This document shows positions 1 to 8,241 of a stretch of DNA of 64,000 bases, piece after piece. The translations under genes were made by a program, and so were the position numbers. The notes beneath the pieces were generated by a model. It was not told the DNA's origin. It did not search any database and was given only the letters and a program-made list of their open reading frames with translations. Origin of the DNA: an uncultured Candidatus Saccharibacteria bacterium (GTDB taxonomy: Bacteria > Patescibacteriota > Minisyncoccia > Phycocordibacterales > UBA918); contig CAYGTV010000002.1 in assembly GCA_964353135.1 (NCBI GenBank), positions 67,204 through 131,203 of the forward strand, in the 5' to 3' direction. The first letter of the stretch is position 1. Each line of letters opens with the position of its first letter.

Positions 1-89
1 GTGGTGACGAGAATCAAATTGAATCTAGGTATATAAAACTAAGGTTTGACCAATTAAAAGAAAAATCTATTGCTCATCAACAAGAAAAG

Positions 90-1172
90 GTGAAAGAAGA
101 ACAGGAAAGAAATCAAAAAGAAGAGGCTGAAAGCGCAATACGCGAAGCTGAGATTAAGGAGGAAGAAAAGAAAAAGAAGAAACTAGGAGCTGGTTTTTCT
201 GCTTTTGTATGGATTTTTAGTTTTGTAATAATTTGGAGCAACATTGATTGGGCAAAATCAGTTGGTTTCGATTCAAGTGAAGAAGCTACTCAGGGCTTAA
301 CCGAACTTTTGACGTACTCAGTAATACACATTATTTCTATTTTCTTTGTGTTGGCTAGAGGTAAAAAAATTGACAGACAAACAGAATACTTAGAAGGAGT
401 TAAACCTAAAAGATTGAAAAGTAGCTTCAACATACGTCTTTTAATTGTCTTGTTACTTATCGGAATTATTGTATGGACGATATCACCCATCTTCAACAAT
501 TCACGAGAGGAAGATGTATCAGTGTTCATAAACGATGTAGTAGAAGGAACATCAAACAGCGAAAATCAGGAGCTGGTTAGTGTTATACGAAACTTCAGGG
601 ACTCGATGAGTAAAATAGAGCAAACAACCCTACCAAACACAATGAAATTGTTGGATTCTGATTATTTAGAATACTCGTCTTACTCAACAATTATGAACGT
701 TAGACGTATCAAAGATCTATCCGATAAGGCCTCTCAAGAACAATTACGTCTGCCGTTAGCAAGGAATGAAGTTGTGTCAGAATTTATAGCGGAAGTTAAA
801 AACTCAACGCTTAGTTTAGAGGAGAAGAATGCATTAATAGAACGTATAGCAAAACCTCTAAGCGAAGAAACCATGGCAAGAATCGTAGCTTCAGAAGCAT
901 ATTATGATTCTATTTATGATTTATATAATTTTCTAGAGATTGAATACTATAACTATAAACTTGAAAGAGATACGCTTGGAGGATTTGAAATTATTTTTTC
1001 ATCAGAAGAAAACACGAGAAACTACAATGAATTAATTGAACAACTCAATATCAAGGCGGCAGCACTTGATGTAGCAACATCTAATGAAAACTCTTATATT
1101 CAATCAGGTTTAGATTCAAGCGGTATTGATATGACTACTGAAGAATTTATAGAAACTATGTACGGAAACTAG
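90..1172 (+). CDS. Hypothetical membrane protein with a Lys/Glu-rich N-terminus and 2-3 TM helices; the ORF is open to the window start so the true N-terminus may lie upstream
   Basis: Long ORF in very AT-rich DNA; predicted TM segments (FSAFVWIFSFVIIW, LIVLLLIGIIVW); no recognisable catalytic motif; no in-frame stop between position 1 and 90. Confidence 0.45.
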   Translation: MKEEQERNQKEEAESAIREAEIKEEEKKKKKLGAGFSAFVWIFSFVIIWSNIDWAKSVGFDSSEEATQGLTELLTYSVIHIISIFFVLARGKKIDRQTEYLEGVKPKRLKSSFNIRLLIVLLLIGIIVWTISPIFNNSREEDVSVFINDVVEGTSNSENQELVSVIRNFRDSMSKIEQTTLPNTMKLLDSDYLEYSSYSTIMNVRRIKDLSDKASQEQLRLPLARNEVVSEFIAEVKNSTLSLEEKNALIERIAKPLSEETMARIVASEAYYDSIYDLYNFLEIEYYNYKLERDTLGGFEIIFSSEENTRNYNELIEQLNIKAAALDVATSNENSYIQSGLDSSGIDMTTEEFIETMYGN

Positions 1173-1192
1173 CCGCCCTTCCCCGCCCTTCA

Positions 1193-1221
1193 TTTTGTGG
1201 GGCCCCGGCATCCCCACAAAA
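1193..1221. terminator. Bidirectional hairpin TTTTGTGGGG-loop-CCCCACAAAA between convergent genes, nested in a GC-rich 90-nt element (1171-1259)
   Basis: Perfect 10-bp inverted repeat read from the sequence; outer 8-bp stem AGCCGCCC/GGGCGGCT. Confidence 0.5.
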
Positions 1222-1278
1222 CAAAGCTTCGTAGGCGGTGGAGATAAGGTCGGGCGGCTTCGGCAGTAACTTATAAAA

Positions 1279-2970
1279 TTAATCAGGCACTCCTTCTCTA
1301 TTAGGGTTATTGATCCAAACTTCAATTTCATCAATAAATAGCCAAATGTCATCATCTTCAGGCTTCACATAGTCTTGTTCTTCTGGATCTGATCCAAGAG
1401 TTAAAAAAATATCATTCAGCCATTTTGGTTTGTTGTTAGACCTTTCAACATTCAAACCTGGCAACCAACATTCCAACTCTCCGCACGGAACAATGAATAC
1501 ACCAAACAATTTAAGCTCATTCAAAAACCAAATAACTTCATCTTGATCAGTAGCTTGAAAAGCTTTAATGCCTAACTTTTTGATTTGTTGCCTATCAATT
1601 TGATCTGCTTTTATTTTTATTCGATTTCTTGTTTCCTTCAGCCCATTAAGTCTTACCTCCTCACAATGTAGAAGTGGCCAAACACACCTGAATTCATCCC
1701 CACATATAACATCAAAATCCATTACTGCTACTGCTGGTATTCCAAGCTTTCGAAGTGGAGCTATTATTCTTGGTATTTGTTGCCAGCTGTGAGCATTCAT
1801 AAATAGTACGTCTTCTGCTCCTCGACCAATATCTAAAAGCCTAACGTTTACCTCTTCATATACAGCTCTATCGGAGTCTGCCTCAGTAACAACAACACCT
1901 CTGTGAAAAAGCGCCCTGAGAACATTAGTTGAGCGAAGTAACGGGTCTTGCATCATTTGGGTAATCACTAGCGGTTCTACGGACCTCGCAGTAGAGACAC
2001 CATCAATGTACGTTAGACGAACCAGCCTTACATTACTGTATGATTGTATACACCCCATTAGAAAATCTGAACTATGTGTAGCAACAATCATTGAAGCATC
2101 TCTCTCTCGGACAGTCGACGTTAAAAATTTACCAACACGTCTTGCTAAGGTGGGATGTAAAAATGCCTCAGGTTCATCTACCAAAAGAATCTTGTGAGGC
2201 AAACTCATTGCAGCTGAAACTAACCCAATTGAAGTTCGTAGTCCATCACCTAAATCTGATACTAATGGTGACTTACTATGAAACCTTCTAGATTCAGCAC
2301 CCAATCCTTGTTCTATATCAGAATCTGGCTCATCATCACTAATCCTGACTCTAAAAGAACGCATTCCAGTTGGATCAATAGTGAAATATTTTCCAAATGC
2401 CTCTTCAGTAAATTGACGTACTTTACCTCGAGCATCATCATCTGCAAACAAGGCCCACAGATGGTTTTTGGGATAACCTTCAAGAGGACCAGTTTCTTTT
2501 GGATCAACTAAATCAAAACGAGTTCTACCATCTAGTCTCAAAGTAAAAAGTTTTACGAAGTTAGATAAAATTGGATTTCTAAACCGAACCTTATCTCCGA
2601 ACCAAGAAACTAAAGACGGTTCATGCACCTGCTGATGTAAAGCATTCTCACCAGTCCTAATTACGGGACGAGCTATCCAAAAATGTTCAGGCTGGGCTAT
2701 TTGATTCTCAGGGGGTTCAGTTTGATGAATCTTCATCATTGCTTCAAACTCCTCAAAAGTATCAGGATATATGATCTCAATTTCGTCGAAGACCTTTAAT
2801 ACTGGATTTGCACCAGAACAATATTCTTCGATCTCTCGTAAAGCTAGACTTTTACCAGAATTATTTGGACCAACAATTACTGTTACGTTTGTTATACCAA
2901 TATCCAAAGGATCAGAGCCTGGTTTACTACCAACTTTAAATTTTAGACTTGAAAGGTTTAGTTTGGACAC
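1279..2970 (-). CDS. OLD-family ATP-dependent endonuclease: ABC-type ATPase (AAA_21-like) fused to a C-terminal TOPRIM nuclease domain; candidate antiphage defense protein
   Basis: Walker A GPNNSGKS; OLD-typical Walker B LLVDEPEAFLHP; TOPRIM-like VVVTEADSD ... VAVMDFDV (E then DxD); about 560 aa like class 1 OLD proteins; the gene is AT-rich relative to neighbours. Confidence 0.7.
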   Translation of the reverse strand: MSKLNLSSLKFKVGSKPGSDPLDIGITNVTVIVGPNNSGKSLALREIEEYCSGANPVLKVFDEIEIIYPDTFEEFEAMMKIHQTEPPENQIAQPEHFWIARPVIRTGENALHQQVHEPSLVSWFGDKVRFRNPILSNFVKLFTLRLDGRTRFDLVDPKETGPLEGYPKNHLWALFADDDARGKVRQFTEEAFGKYFTIDPTGMRSFRVRISDDEPDSDIEQGLGAESRRFHSKSPLVSDLGDGLRTSIGLVSAAMSLPHKILLVDEPEAFLHPTLARRVGKFLTSTVRERDASMIVATHSSDFLMGCIQSYSNVRLVRLTYIDGVSTARSVEPLVITQMMQDPLLRSTNVLRALFHRGVVVTEADSDRAVYEEVNVRLLDIGRGAEDVLFMNAHSWQQIPRIIAPLRKLGIPAVAVMDFDVICGDEFRCVWPLLHCEEVRLNGLKETRNRIKIKADQIDRQQIKKLGIKAFQATDQDEVIWFLNELKLFGVFIVPCGELECWLPGLNVERSNNKPKWLNDIFLTLGSDPEEQDYVKPEDDDIWLFIDEIEVWINNPNREGVPD

Positions 2971-3070
2971 CTGGACATCTTATCATCTACAAGAAAATTA
3001 TGTATCTCATACAATATTTGGTTCCAACACTCGCTAACTAGGGGCACCACATAAGGCGATTACGCTACAG

Positions 3071-3108
3071 AACCAAAAACAGCTTTCTGCTGAAAGCTGT
3101 TTTTGGTT
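3071..3108. terminator. Rho-independent terminator hairpin AACCAAAAACAGCTTTC/GAAAGCTGTTTTTGGTT
   Basis: 17-bp perfect stem with flanking T/A runs; sits between the pil operon 3' end and the OLD gene 5' end. Confidence 0.55.
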
Positions 3109-3123
3109 TGATCTGTATAGATA

Positions 3124-3633
3124 CTACTGGCTTAGTTCGGGGACCAGTACCTCATCTCCAGCTGACTCTTCTAGAGGGGTCACCTCGGCTGCCGGCTCCT
3201 CGATAACAATCTCCTCTCCTGGTTCTACAGACTCTTCTTCTGTTACAACTGGGGTACTAGTGGCGGTCGAGGTACTAACCTCAGCAATTGTTGGTTCTGG
3301 AGGTGCTGCTGGTGTTGGCGCAACACTTCCGGCAATGGTTCCAAAATTGGTCGCTCGGATCTCAAACACCGTAAGTGCTTGGTCTACCAGTTCAGCCTGG
3401 TAGCGTGGATTTGCGATGACTATTTCTGTATCAGTTGCCCCGCCATCACGGTTAGAGAGATAGGTATACCCGTTCCAGACTGCTATACCGATGACGATAC
3501 AGCAAGCAACCCCAATACCAATAAACCAGTCTCGTTTTGGATGAAGGATTTTTACTTGTATGTGACCTGAACCCGATTTTGATTTAAATAGGTTTCGCGC
3601 CATTTGCTTGATTTGTTGCGTTGGATTACTCAT
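3124..3633 (-). CDS. Hypothetical bitopic membrane protein with an acidic, Pro/Thr-rich C-terminal tail; last gene of the pilM-N-O operon
   Basis: One TM (WFIGIGVACCIVIGIAVW); 8-nt overlap with the upstream PilO-like gene implies co-transcription. Confidence 0.45.
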   Translation of the reverse strand: MSNPTQQIKQMARNLFKSKSGSGHIQVKILHPKRDWFIGIGVACCIVIGIAVWNGYTYLSNRDGGATDTEIVIANPRYQAELVDQALTVFEIRATNFGTIAGSVAPTPAAPPEPTIAEVSTSTATSTPVVTEEESVEPGEEIVIEEPAAEVTPLEESAGDEVLVPELSQ

Positions 3634-4150
3634 AGGTCAGCACTACTACATCAATCATAACATCAGCCCGCCAAAGCACTCCTGACTGCCTCCGTAATTT
3701 AACTGACACCAACTCAGATACATATGGAATATTTTCGAGCAACCGAATAAAAGCTTCGACCTGGGTTAAGCTACCATTAATTGCGTACCCAACTGAAAGA
3801 TAGGTTTGTTTGTCGTCTCGCTCTATCTCTGTTGGATTGAGAGTTTCAAGTTCTATACCCCGGTCTGCTGCTAGCTGTTCTATGTAGTTAAGAAAGTCGA
3901 TACTATCTGACTGCGATGTTAGGTAGTATGACTGCAATTTATCACGTTCGGCCTGTGTTTCTTGGTCTAACTTTTGCAGGCGTGCAAAAGCTGTTTGCTG
4001 TGATTGATCAATAGCAATCGCTGCGACCTCCTCAGACAAGTCTTCTGACTCAGCTATGATAGTCCGTACACCAAACACAACTAACACCAGCATGGTTGTG
4101 AACAAAAGTGCTGCAATAATCGCTACTCGTTTTGTTTTTCCATTGATCAT
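3626..4150 (-). CDS. pilO: Type IV pilus assembly protein PilO-like
   Basis: N-terminal TM then coiled-coil; position after PilM and PilN; 4-nt overlap with the PilN-like gene. Confidence 0.5.
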   Translation of the reverse strand: MINGKTKRVAIIAALLFTTMLVLVVFGVRTIIAESEDLSEEVAAIAIDQSQQTAFARLQKLDQETQAERDKLQSYYLTSQSDSIDFLNYIEQLAADRGIELETLNPTEIERDDKQTYLSVGYAINGSLTQVEAFIRLLENIPYVSELVSVKLRRQSGVLWRADVMIDVVVLTYE

Positions 4151-4689
4151 AAGCTATCAGGGTTAACTGTTACTGTAATCGTAAAATCAATATCCTGATT
4201 TTGAGCCAGGTTTTCAATAGGCAAATCTACTTGTGTCACATATGGCAGTGACTCAATTCGATCGCGGAATGATGCCAAGGCCTGACGATTTGCGGCTTCC
4301 CCTGTCAATCCGATAGGGGCAAGCCCTTGCAGATCTCGTGAGAGTTGTACACTTGCTATCTCTATCCCCTGCCCGTTAACTGACCAGATATCTACTAGTA
4401 CCGATGACAATTTCACCTGCTCAGTTGTACGGACAATCGTTTTCGCCTCTTGGTTTGATGTATCTAACTCGGCTACCATTTTGTCGTATGCTTCGGTCCT
4501 CTCAATTACGTTAGCTGCGGTTTCAGCGTACGCAGCGCTGGTTCCACTGATCAACAGATAGGTGGGGTACATAAGTAACAGTCCAATAAACAGTGCGGCT
4601 GACCACAAAATTAACCATGCACTAGCTAACCTGATCCAGTACAAACGGACCAATTGCTTTTTTGACTCTGGTGGAATAAGGTTTGTCAT
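4147..4689 (-). CDS. pilN: Type IV pilus assembly protein PilN-like
   Basis: N-terminal NLIPPE motif resembling the PilN INLLP signature, followed by a TM helix; operon context. Confidence 0.55.
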   Translation of the reverse strand: MTNLIPPESKKQLVRLYWIRLASAWLILWSAALFIGLLLMYPTYLLISGTSAAYAETAANVIERTEAYDKMVAELDTSNQEAKTIVRTTEQVKLSSVLVDIWSVNGQGIEIASVQLSRDLQGLAPIGLTGEAANRQALASFRDRIESLPYVTQVDLPIENLAQNQDIDFTITVTVNPDSL

Positions 4690-5774
4690 ACGTTAATTTC
4701 TGAACCTAGCGCCAGCCCTATAGCAGTGGCGTACCCATAGGAATGACGTTGATCAATCGGTGGAATAAAATCATCCAGCGAAAATGTATTGGTCCACACA
4801 TTTCCGCGCGAGGCCTCAACACCCAGTGATTCGGTTAAGTATGCTGGCAAACCTTTTAGGTTGGCACTCCCTCCACAAAGAATTATCTTTTGCAGACGAC
4901 GTTCTGTGTCTGACCCTGTCCGCAGGTGCCAGTATTGCATTTGGGTTACCAGCTCGTCCTTGATCACGGACATGGTTGTCATCAGGGCGTCGTGAACCAA
5001 TGACGATTCCGCACCATGAATGAGCCCTTCAGTATTTTTAAGTTGCGTAAGCTCACTTTCCGGTTTGTCACCAAGCTGCTTACGTAGTGCAGCCGAAAGT
5101 TGATTTCCTCCCATGTCGATAGTCGATGTATAGAGGAGTGTGTTTTTATATACAACCCCAATCCCAGTTCGGGTTTTTCCAAAATCAACCAACATCACGG
5201 CCCCGCTCATGTCAGACGGTATCACTGATCGTGCCATTGCTTGAGCCTCAACCTCAAATGAAAGTGGTTGTAATCCGGCGGCTAGGCACGCCTCGTAGTA
5301 TGTCTGCACAGTTTCTTTGGCGTAGGCAGTAACTGCAACGTGCATTGAGCGATCTTTTTCTCCTGAAAAAGGTAAAACGGTGTAATCAAAAAAAACGTCA
5401 CGGGCAGCTATAGGTACGTTTTCAGCTAGCCTAAATTCCAGCAAACTTCGCATTTCACTCAAAGGTGTACTGCGTTTTAGTTCTGTTTCAAATAAATATG
5501 CCCGTTCTTCAGGTAGTGAGACCCTGATAAACTCAGCCCCTGTTTTTGCTTTGCATTCAGCCAAAATCGCTGTGAGCTGCTGGGGATCGGTCACTTCTCC
5601 GCGACTGAGGACTCCGTTTGGAATCGAAATATCTCCCCAGTTGGACAAATCATACGGATTCTTTTTCCCTGGTTCAAGTTTGACGTATTTTAATGACGTA
5701 TCGGAAATATCCAACCCAATGCTTGGGAGTTTTATATAAGAAGGAACCGAAGGACTAAACAACTTAATAGGCAT
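4686..5774 (-). CDS. pilM: Type IV pilus assembly protein PilM (actin-like ATPase fold)
   Basis: N-terminal SIGLDISDTSLKYV typical of PilM/FtsA-like proteins; about 360 aa; upstream of pilN/pilO. Confidence 0.7.
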   Translation of the reverse strand: MPIKLFSPSVPSYIKLPSIGLDISDTSLKYVKLEPGKKNPYDLSNWGDISIPNGVLSRGEVTDPQQLTAILAECKAKTGAEFIRVSLPEERAYLFETELKRSTPLSEMRSLLEFRLAENVPIAARDVFFDYTVLPFSGEKDRSMHVAVTAYAKETVQTYYEACLAAGLQPLSFEVEAQAMARSVIPSDMSGAVMLVDFGKTRTGIGVVYKNTLLYTSTIDMGGNQLSAALRKQLGDKPESELTQLKNTEGLIHGAESSLVHDALMTTMSVIKDELVTQMQYWHLRTGSDTERRLQKIILCGGSANLKGLPAYLTESLGVEASRGNVWTNTFSLDDFIPPIDQRHSYGYATAIGLALGSEINV

Positions 5775-5826
5775 ACGTACATCTAGTAGTATACGTGCTC
5801 GTCCGCATCAGCGCAGCTGTTTCAAC

Positions 5827-6441
5827 TCACAGTTTAAGCCACACGTAGAGTACTACCAAAACGGCAAATACCACACTGGTGACTCCAAGAGACCGCCGGG
5901 CATAGGTCAGCGCTCGCGGTCCAAACCAATAGGTGCACAGCCCTACAACCGAGTATCTAAATCCACGACCTACCAATGAACCTATTAAAAACCAAACAAT
6001 ACTTCCCTGGGTTATACCAACAACCCACGCGGTCATAGTGTACGGGATTGGTGTGACTGCCCCTACCAGTGTGACTAAAAGCGTATTTGAAGTGTCCATG
6101 GTAGCTGTTAGTATCACAAACTGTTCTTGGATACCCGCTGTCATCATCGATTCCAAGAATCCAAAAAAGTATCGAGCGAGAAACAGGGCTACCACACCAC
6201 CGAGTATCGAAGTTAGCAGTGTGACGACAACAATTAATCCTGCCCGGCTACGGTTTGCCAAAATAGCAGCCACCATAAATGGATCGGTAATAATTGGGAT
6301 CGGCAGAGCTGACTCTACAAAAGAAATAAGTCCTACCACTAGCAACCCCGAACGGGACTCCATCAATGTTTGTGCTCGCGTTACTGTCCTCGTGTTGAGG
6401 ACTTTCTCTACGTGAGTATCAAGTGTTGTCGGCTCAATCAT
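5827..6441 (-). CDS. DedA/VTT-domain family membrane protein
   Basis: FVESALPIPIITDPFMVAAIL motif region and multiple TM helices. Confidence 0.5.
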   Translation of the reverse strand: MIEPTTLDTHVEKVLNTRTVTRAQTLMESRSGLLVVGLISFVESALPIPIITDPFMVAAILANRSRAGLIVVVTLLTSILGGVVALFLARYFFGFLESMMTAGIQEQFVILTATMDTSNTLLVTLVGAVTPIPYTMTAWVVGITQGSIVWFLIGSLVGRGFRYSVVGLCTYWFGPRALTYARRSLGVTSVVFAVLVVLYVWLKL

Positions 6442-6442
6442 A

Positions 6443-7207
6443 CTAATACAATCGAGTCCCAGCAGGCAGTTGGTTGGATGGATTCAAAAGTGCAAACACC
6501 CCACCCTCTTCCCCCGCTAAAATCATCCCTTGGCTTTCGAGTCCTTTTATCTTCCTTGGTGCGAGGTTTGCGATAAATGGACACTGCGTTCCAACCAGTG
6601 TTTGTTCATCTTCGAAAAACTCCCGAATCCCAGAAACAATTTGACGAGGTTGCTCCTCACCAAGGTCCACAGTTAGTTTGAGTAACTTATCTGCGTTTTC
6701 AACCACCTCTACCGCCATGATGGTGCCCAATTTAATTTCAACCGCTGCAAATTGCTCAAACGAAATTTCATTTGATTCAGCCTGTTCTTCGCCTGGTATA
6801 GTTTGTGGTTCCAGCATATTTTTTTGTTTAGTTAAGTAAGATTCTAGAATTAGTGCGGCAGCGGCAGCGTCAGTTTGACCATTGCGCCCAGTGATGGTTG
6901 CTGCTTGCTGGGTCGTCATCTGTTCGGGCTCTAGATGAATTGGCATCGGGAGCTGCAATGTTAGATCGGTGATAAATGACTCAATATTAGTTTGGACAGC
7001 ATTTGGCGCACCATCTAGATTAAGGGATTGTCCAATCACAACTTCTGTCACAGATTTCTCTTCAATCAAAGCAATAATTGTTTTCAATAATGACTGATCG
7101 TTTGGAATCACACCATGAGGAAAAGCCATCACGCCTGACTCATCAGTTAGTGCCAATCCTACTTTTTTAGTTCCATAGTCTATTCCCATGAGTCGCATAG
7201 TTTTCAC
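6443..7207 (-). CDS. ruvX: RuvX/YqgF (RuvC-like pre-16S rRNA nuclease / putative Holliday junction resolvase) fused to a C-terminal CsaA/Myf-type tRNA-binding domain
   Basis: N-terminus MGIDYGTKKVGLALTDE (YqgF signature); C-terminus VEIKLGTIMAVEVVENADKLLKLTVDLGEE...LAPRKIKGLESQGMILA matches the tRNA-binding (EMAP/CsaA) fold. Confidence 0.65.
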   Translation of the reverse strand: MKTMRLMGIDYGTKKVGLALTDESGVMAFPHGVIPNDQSLLKTIIALIEEKSVTEVVIGQSLNLDGAPNAVQTNIESFITDLTLQLPMPIHLEPEQMTTQQAATITGRNGQTDAAAAALILESYLTKQKNMLEPQTIPGEEQAESNEISFEQFAAVEIKLGTIMAVEVVENADKLLKLTVDLGEEQPRQIVSGIREFFEDEQTLVGTQCPFIANLAPRKIKGLESQGMILAGEEGGVFALLNPSNQLPAGTRLY

Positions 7208-7223
7208 AGTTTAGCATGTAGAC

Positions 7224-7264
7224 AAAAACCCGGCGAATTCATATATGAATTCGCCGGGTTTTTG
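7224..7264. terminator. Bidirectional terminator AAAACCCGGCGAATTCATA/TATGAATTCGCCGGGTTTT
   Basis: 19-bp perfect palindrome with A-run upstream and T-run downstream. Confidence 0.6.
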
Positions 7265-7269
7265 TTTGT

Positions 7270-7340
7270 GCTCTCACCAGGAGTCGAACCTGGAGCTCCG
7301 GTACCGCAAACCAACGTTTTATCCATTAAACTATGAGAGC
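7270..7340 (-). tRNA. tRNA, anticodon loop UUGCGGU, so GCG (Arg) tentatively; the anticodon stem has two G-U pairs
   Basis: Reverse complement folds as a cloverleaf: acceptor GCTCTCA/TGAGAGC, D-arm GTTT-AATGGATA-AAAC, T-arm CCAGG-TTCGACT-CCTGG. Confidence 0.7.
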
Positions 7341-7376
7341 CTGATAGTAAAAACCATCAACGTCCAACAATATAAC

Positions 7377-7847
7377 CTAAAACCCAAATAATTCCAGCAC
7401 CTTAACTAAAAACGGTTCCATTAGTTCTTCCTCTACCAGCCTCTCTTTAAGGATATCTTCAATCTCATCAATATGATCTGGTGGTAGCGGCATGACAATC
7501 AGTGGCATCAGACGTTGTTCAGACTTGACCAGCAACTGTGGACCACGAGGATCTTCTTCATCTATAAAATACGAGTCAAGGGTTGAGAATGGGTAGTGTC
7601 GATCTTCAATTTTTATTCCTCTGACTGTGATTGCATAGGGAATAATAGCTGGACGCTTGGCTGCTGACACTGCCAGTGCTCCACCTGACAGTCCGATCAA
7701 CAGTGCAAACAGCACACTGTCAAACATAACTGCTGCCACTACAAGCGCGAGAATAATAATCCCCAAAGCAAAAAACCAGTCATTCCCTTTTTCGACATGA
7801 TGATGCTGTGGCGCCTCCCAAGTTATCGATCGTAGTGCTGGTTCCAT
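7377..7847 (-). CDS. Hypothetical membrane protein
   Basis: ORF with two predicted TM helices near the N-terminus; no motif recognised. Confidence 0.4.
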   Translation of the reverse strand: MEPALRSITWEAPQHHHVEKGNDWFFALGIIILALVVAAVMFDSVLFALLIGLSGGALAVSAAKRPAIIPYAITVRGIKIEDRHYPFSTLDSYFIDEEDPRGPQLLVKSEQRLMPLIVMPLPPDHIDEIEDILKERLVEEELMEPFLVKVLELFGF

Positions 7848-7945
7848 TTGTCTTAAAGTTTATCATATTACATGTGTACTTTTTTTGCTCAATCTGGTAC
7901 TATCTTGGCCACTGATCTGATGCGCTAAACATCTACATATCAACT

Positions 7946-8032
7946 GGAGGGATGGCTGAGTGGTTGAAGGCGGCGGTCTTGAAAACCGTTAAGGGTGAAA
8001 GCTCTTCGAGGGTTCGAATCCCTCTCCCTCCG
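7946..8032 (+). tRNA. tRNA-Ser (anticodon TGA), long variable arm
   Basis: Acceptor GGAGGGA/TCCCTCC, anticodon loop CTTGAAA, T-arm GAGGG-TTCGAAT-CCCTC, total 87 nt. Confidence 0.85.
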
Positions 8033-8057
8033 CATAGTGGGACATCTGTCCCAAAAC

Positions 8058-8093
8058 ACCAAAAACAGCGTTCGCATGAACGCTGTTTTTGGT
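8058..8093. terminator. Terminator hairpin ACCAAAAACAGCGTTC/GAACGCTGTTTTTGGT
   Basis: 16-bp stem; shares the CCAAAAACAGC...GCTGTTTTTGG stem motif with the terminator at 3071-3108. Confidence 0.6.
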
Positions 8094-8241
8094 TCGAACT
8101 TACTGTTTTAGACGAAGTGGTACGAAATCGCAAAATTCCAATTTTAGCTTTGTGTTCTTACGTATTCTCCAGTTCGAACTTTTTGAGGGTTTGTGGGATT
8201 CGAACAATGGAAAGGACCGGTACAGAAATACCGGTCCTAGG

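Noticed and set aside
2006-2511. Small plus-strand ORFs inside the OLD gene, and the many 60-110 aa ORFs antisense to long genes throughout the window
   Set aside because: They are fully nested antisense to strongly supported CDSs. They have no independent signals and show typical shadow-ORF composition.
1279-2970. Gabija (GajA/GajB) assignment for the OLD-like nuclease
   Set aside because: No UvrD-like helicase gene is adjacent. The only UvrD/PcrA gene (49710-51686) is 47 kb away and sits in housekeeping context next to rsmA. Standalone class 1 OLD, or a fused PARIS-like gene, fits better.
8140-8240. Possible degenerate tRNA (two TTCGAAC T-loop-like motifs)
   Set aside because: No acceptor, D or anticodon arms can be folded. 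The GGACCGGTACAGAAATACCGGTCC hairpin is better explained as the terminator of the minus-strand gene 8242-8475.
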